Shown one piece after another: positions 48,691 through 64,000 of a stretch of 64,000 nt of DNA. Location: assembly GCA_012295275.1 (NCBI GenBank), contig CM022668.1, positions 6,386,001-6,450,000 on the forward strand. The letters run 5' to 3'. The stretch comes from Chrysomallon squamiferum (taxonomy: Eukaryota; Animalia; Mollusca). The position numbers were made by a program, and so were the translations under genes. The stretch's first letter is position 1; every line of letters starts with the position of its first letter. Below the pieces are notes generated by a model. The model was not told the origin of the DNA. It saw only the letters and a list, made by a program, of their open reading frames with translations, and made no database searches.

Positions 48691-50184
48691 TAGCATGAAA
48701 ATAAAGTAATCAATATTTTTTATATAAATGTTTTATATCTATGATATATAATGTAGGGATTAAATGAAATGTGTGTGGTATAAAGTATATTAAATACTTT
48801 TTAAAAACCTCTAACATACAGAAGAATAAAGGAAAAACAAATATTTTGAATATAATGTAATTAACTCACTTTAAAAAAACTATGAAACAAAATACTCTGG
48901 AGTAAAGGAAAAATAATATAGTTTAGGTATTAAAGCATTTCCACAATGTTATTTACAACTTTTATAAACTTATATTGCTATGAAATAATATACTGAAGAC
49001 TGAAGAAAAATTACAGTTTTTTTTCCATTATATATTTAACAACATTTTCAGCAATTAAATGAAAATAATATATCTGGATATGATGGAGAATCAACAGAGA
49101 GACATGAATGATAATCCATATGAAAAAAGATATATATTGCAAGAGTAAAAATACATTTTACAACAACAAAATAATATATAAGAAAGCATTAAAACATTGG
49201 ATTATGAGTACTGACTCAAGAAGATGAAACAAAAATGAAAATATTGTAATTAATTATTGCAAAGATAAAAATAAATATCAACATACTGGCTAACATAAGG
49301 AATTTGTTAATATATACTATGGATAGGTTTGTTTAAAGTGTACTGTTGGTTGTATGAATAAAAGATTTAAGATTTATATATATTCTTTTTTCTCTTTTTT
49401 ATTATTTGCTAATGTTAATAACAAAGTATGACAATAAAAAAATAGTTATAAAATATTTAAATACTGTTTTATTATTTGTATTTTATCCTCAAGTCAAGAC
49501 ATCATTATGTAATATTTCTGACATTAAAAGAAACTTTAGAAGGAAAAGGTCACCCTGCAATCATATTTTTAAAGTTTCTCTTTTGTTATACTTCATTATT
49601 AATAAAGATTAGATGAGAAAAACCAAATAAATCATAACTTTGAATTTATGCAGAATTTTTTTGTTATTATATTTCCTTATAAATAAAGAATGGATGACAA
49701 AACAAACAAAAAATAAAATAAAATAAATAACACAACTCTGAAGTAAGCAGTTTTTTTGTTGTCATACTTAATTATTAATAAAGATTAGATGACAAAAAAC
49801 AAAACATATCTTTGAAGAAAGCAGAATATATTTAGACTATTTCAAAGATACACTATAACATTTTTGGGGTGGTTATGAATTTTCTGTACAAATAATATGT
49901 ATGATATTATATTGGGGGGGAGAAATAGATATTAAAATAATAATACAGAGGAATTGTGGTAGGAGATAGATAAGAAAATAATGTACAGGACAGCTGATGT
50001 ATATATATATATAAGTAATATAACAAGACATTTCTCTATATTCTTTAGCATTGTTTAAAAAAACACAGCCAAAAATGTTTCAATCACAAAAAGAAATTAA
50101 TATTATTCTGTTCTCCTTTTAGGAAAAAATCCTCAAATCATTATAACAATAATAACAGTAATAATAATAATAATATAATATGGT

Positions 50185-51225
50185 AGCCTGTCATTGGTAA
50201 AAATTTGTCCAATCATCTTTGTTCCCAGTCATACTGTGAGATAAATTATGATAATAATGTGGTCCAATTTCATTGGCCGATATTTATACACTCCACAACA
50301 AATTGTTTGCACTCTTTAATGTCACATGATAATTAAGATAATGAGGTCTCTTTTCATTGGCTGAAGCAGATCATTCTCCTCCAATCTGCTTTCTCTTGTC
50401 ACATGATAAAAAGAAATCATTTCCATTGGCTAACATTGTTTCCTCTTTTGTTTTCTGGTTTTTACCAATGTTAAGAATAAATTATGACAATGCAGTTAGC
50501 TGTGATTGGATAAAAACTGACTGATATCCACTAAGGTGCATTCATCAAAAAATAATCGTGACAATATAAATACAAATTTTATTGGCCTATAACTTCCAAA
50601 ATTTAACAAAATTAAAGTTTATTATGATAAAGACATCACTTTTCACTAGATTTTAGTTGTCAAATTGCAAACAAGTATTTTGATCACATCATTTCACCAT
50701 ATACTTAACAAAGACTGGGGGGAGGGTTTTGGCTGTTTTTGGCTGTTTTTGGCTAAGATCTCAAAGATCTTGTTTAAACCCTAAAATGTCTAACCTCAAA
50801 GAAATGTGTTACTGCCATATTTTAGACAGTGTAATTATTATAATGATGTCACTTTTCATTGGCTAAGAATAGCCAAGCCTCAAAGACATTTTTTTTAATG
50901 CACATATTTCAAAAAATGATTTTCGTTGGCTAATAAAGTCAAATGATTCAAGCAATTTTATAGAATATTATCTTAATAAAAATCAGTTTTCACTGACTAA
51001 TCTTTTTTATGAAATCTTTTTAAGCCATATTTTCAGAATTAATTATGTTAATGAAGTCACTTTTCATTAGCAGATATTGACAAAATTTTCAAAGAAATCA
51101 TTTACGTCAATATTTCACAGAATTTTTATGGATTACATATTCACTTTTCGGTGGCCAAACCTCAAAGGAATCATTTAAGCCGGTATTTCTGAGGTCAGTG
51201 AGGTCAATTTTCATTGGCTAATACA
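50185..51225. repeat. Old degenerate ~70-75-bp tandem array with a TTTTCATTGGCTAA core, in the NBEAL 3' UTR
   Basis: The core or a variant occurs near 50192, 50272, 50355, 50424, 50504, 50580, 50643, 50856, 50924, 50991, 51065, 51148 and 51213. Confidence 0.7.
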
Positions 51226-51234
51226 TCGTCAAGT

Positions 51235-63588
<12,354 letters not shown>

Positions 63589-64000
63589 CTGTGTTAAAAT
63601 AAATAACTCAGTGCAAGACAAATATACCAAAAAAAAAATCGACTTTATTCTACCAAAAAGAAATATAGATATAGATACAGATATATAGATATGCATGTGT
63701 ACACACACATACACACACACCCAAATATTATATATAAAATTACACACACACACACACACACATACATACACAAAGACATATTTTTTTTTTTTTTTTGTAG
63801 GACAATGATGACACCAAGATGTATTTTAATTAATAATGATGAGAAAGAGGAGACCACACCATAGGCAACTCTTTTTCCTTTAAAGAGAGACAACCCAGTG
63901 AAATTACTACATGGGTTGTTCTTGCCAAGTTTGTAAGTATTCTTTTAATGACATCTTTTTTCCCTTCGTGACAGGCTATTCTTTTTCATCTAGCATTAAG

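Overview
This is eukaryotic (metazoan) genomic DNA: very AT-rich, dense in microsatellites, with GT-AG spliceosomal introns. An invertebrate, plausibly a mollusc or other lophotrochozoan, is an inference only. Three protein-coding genes can be reconstructed by hand. (1) A CD225/dispanin-family membrane protein with a long acidic disordered N-terminus (+, 336-1726), split by a 1-nt lesion in an A6 run. (2) A complete NME8/TXNDC3-like gene of the outer-arm dynein IC1 type (+, CDS 7838-41822, about 976 aa with all candidate exons): WCGPC thioredoxin, three NDK domains and an acidic repeat tail. (3) The 3' half of a neurobeachin-like gene (-, PH-BEACH-WD40, 63588 to the stop at 51235). Most ORF-track entries are microsatellite artefacts. 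The most unusual structure is non-coding. Tandem repeats repeatedly nucleate on exon-intron junctions and create arrays of decoy splice sites. NME8 carries nine frame-preserving phase-1 exons, most of them microexons, with many TGCATG motifs around the tail group. Several degenerate minisatellites preserve transcription-factor-like cores, including RFX X-boxes inside a ciliary gene and CCAAT boxes after the NBEAL stop. One -1 lesion occurs in each gene, each at a homopolymer, which points to assembly indel errors rather than recoding. There are no prokaryotic, CRISPR, rRNA or tRNA features.
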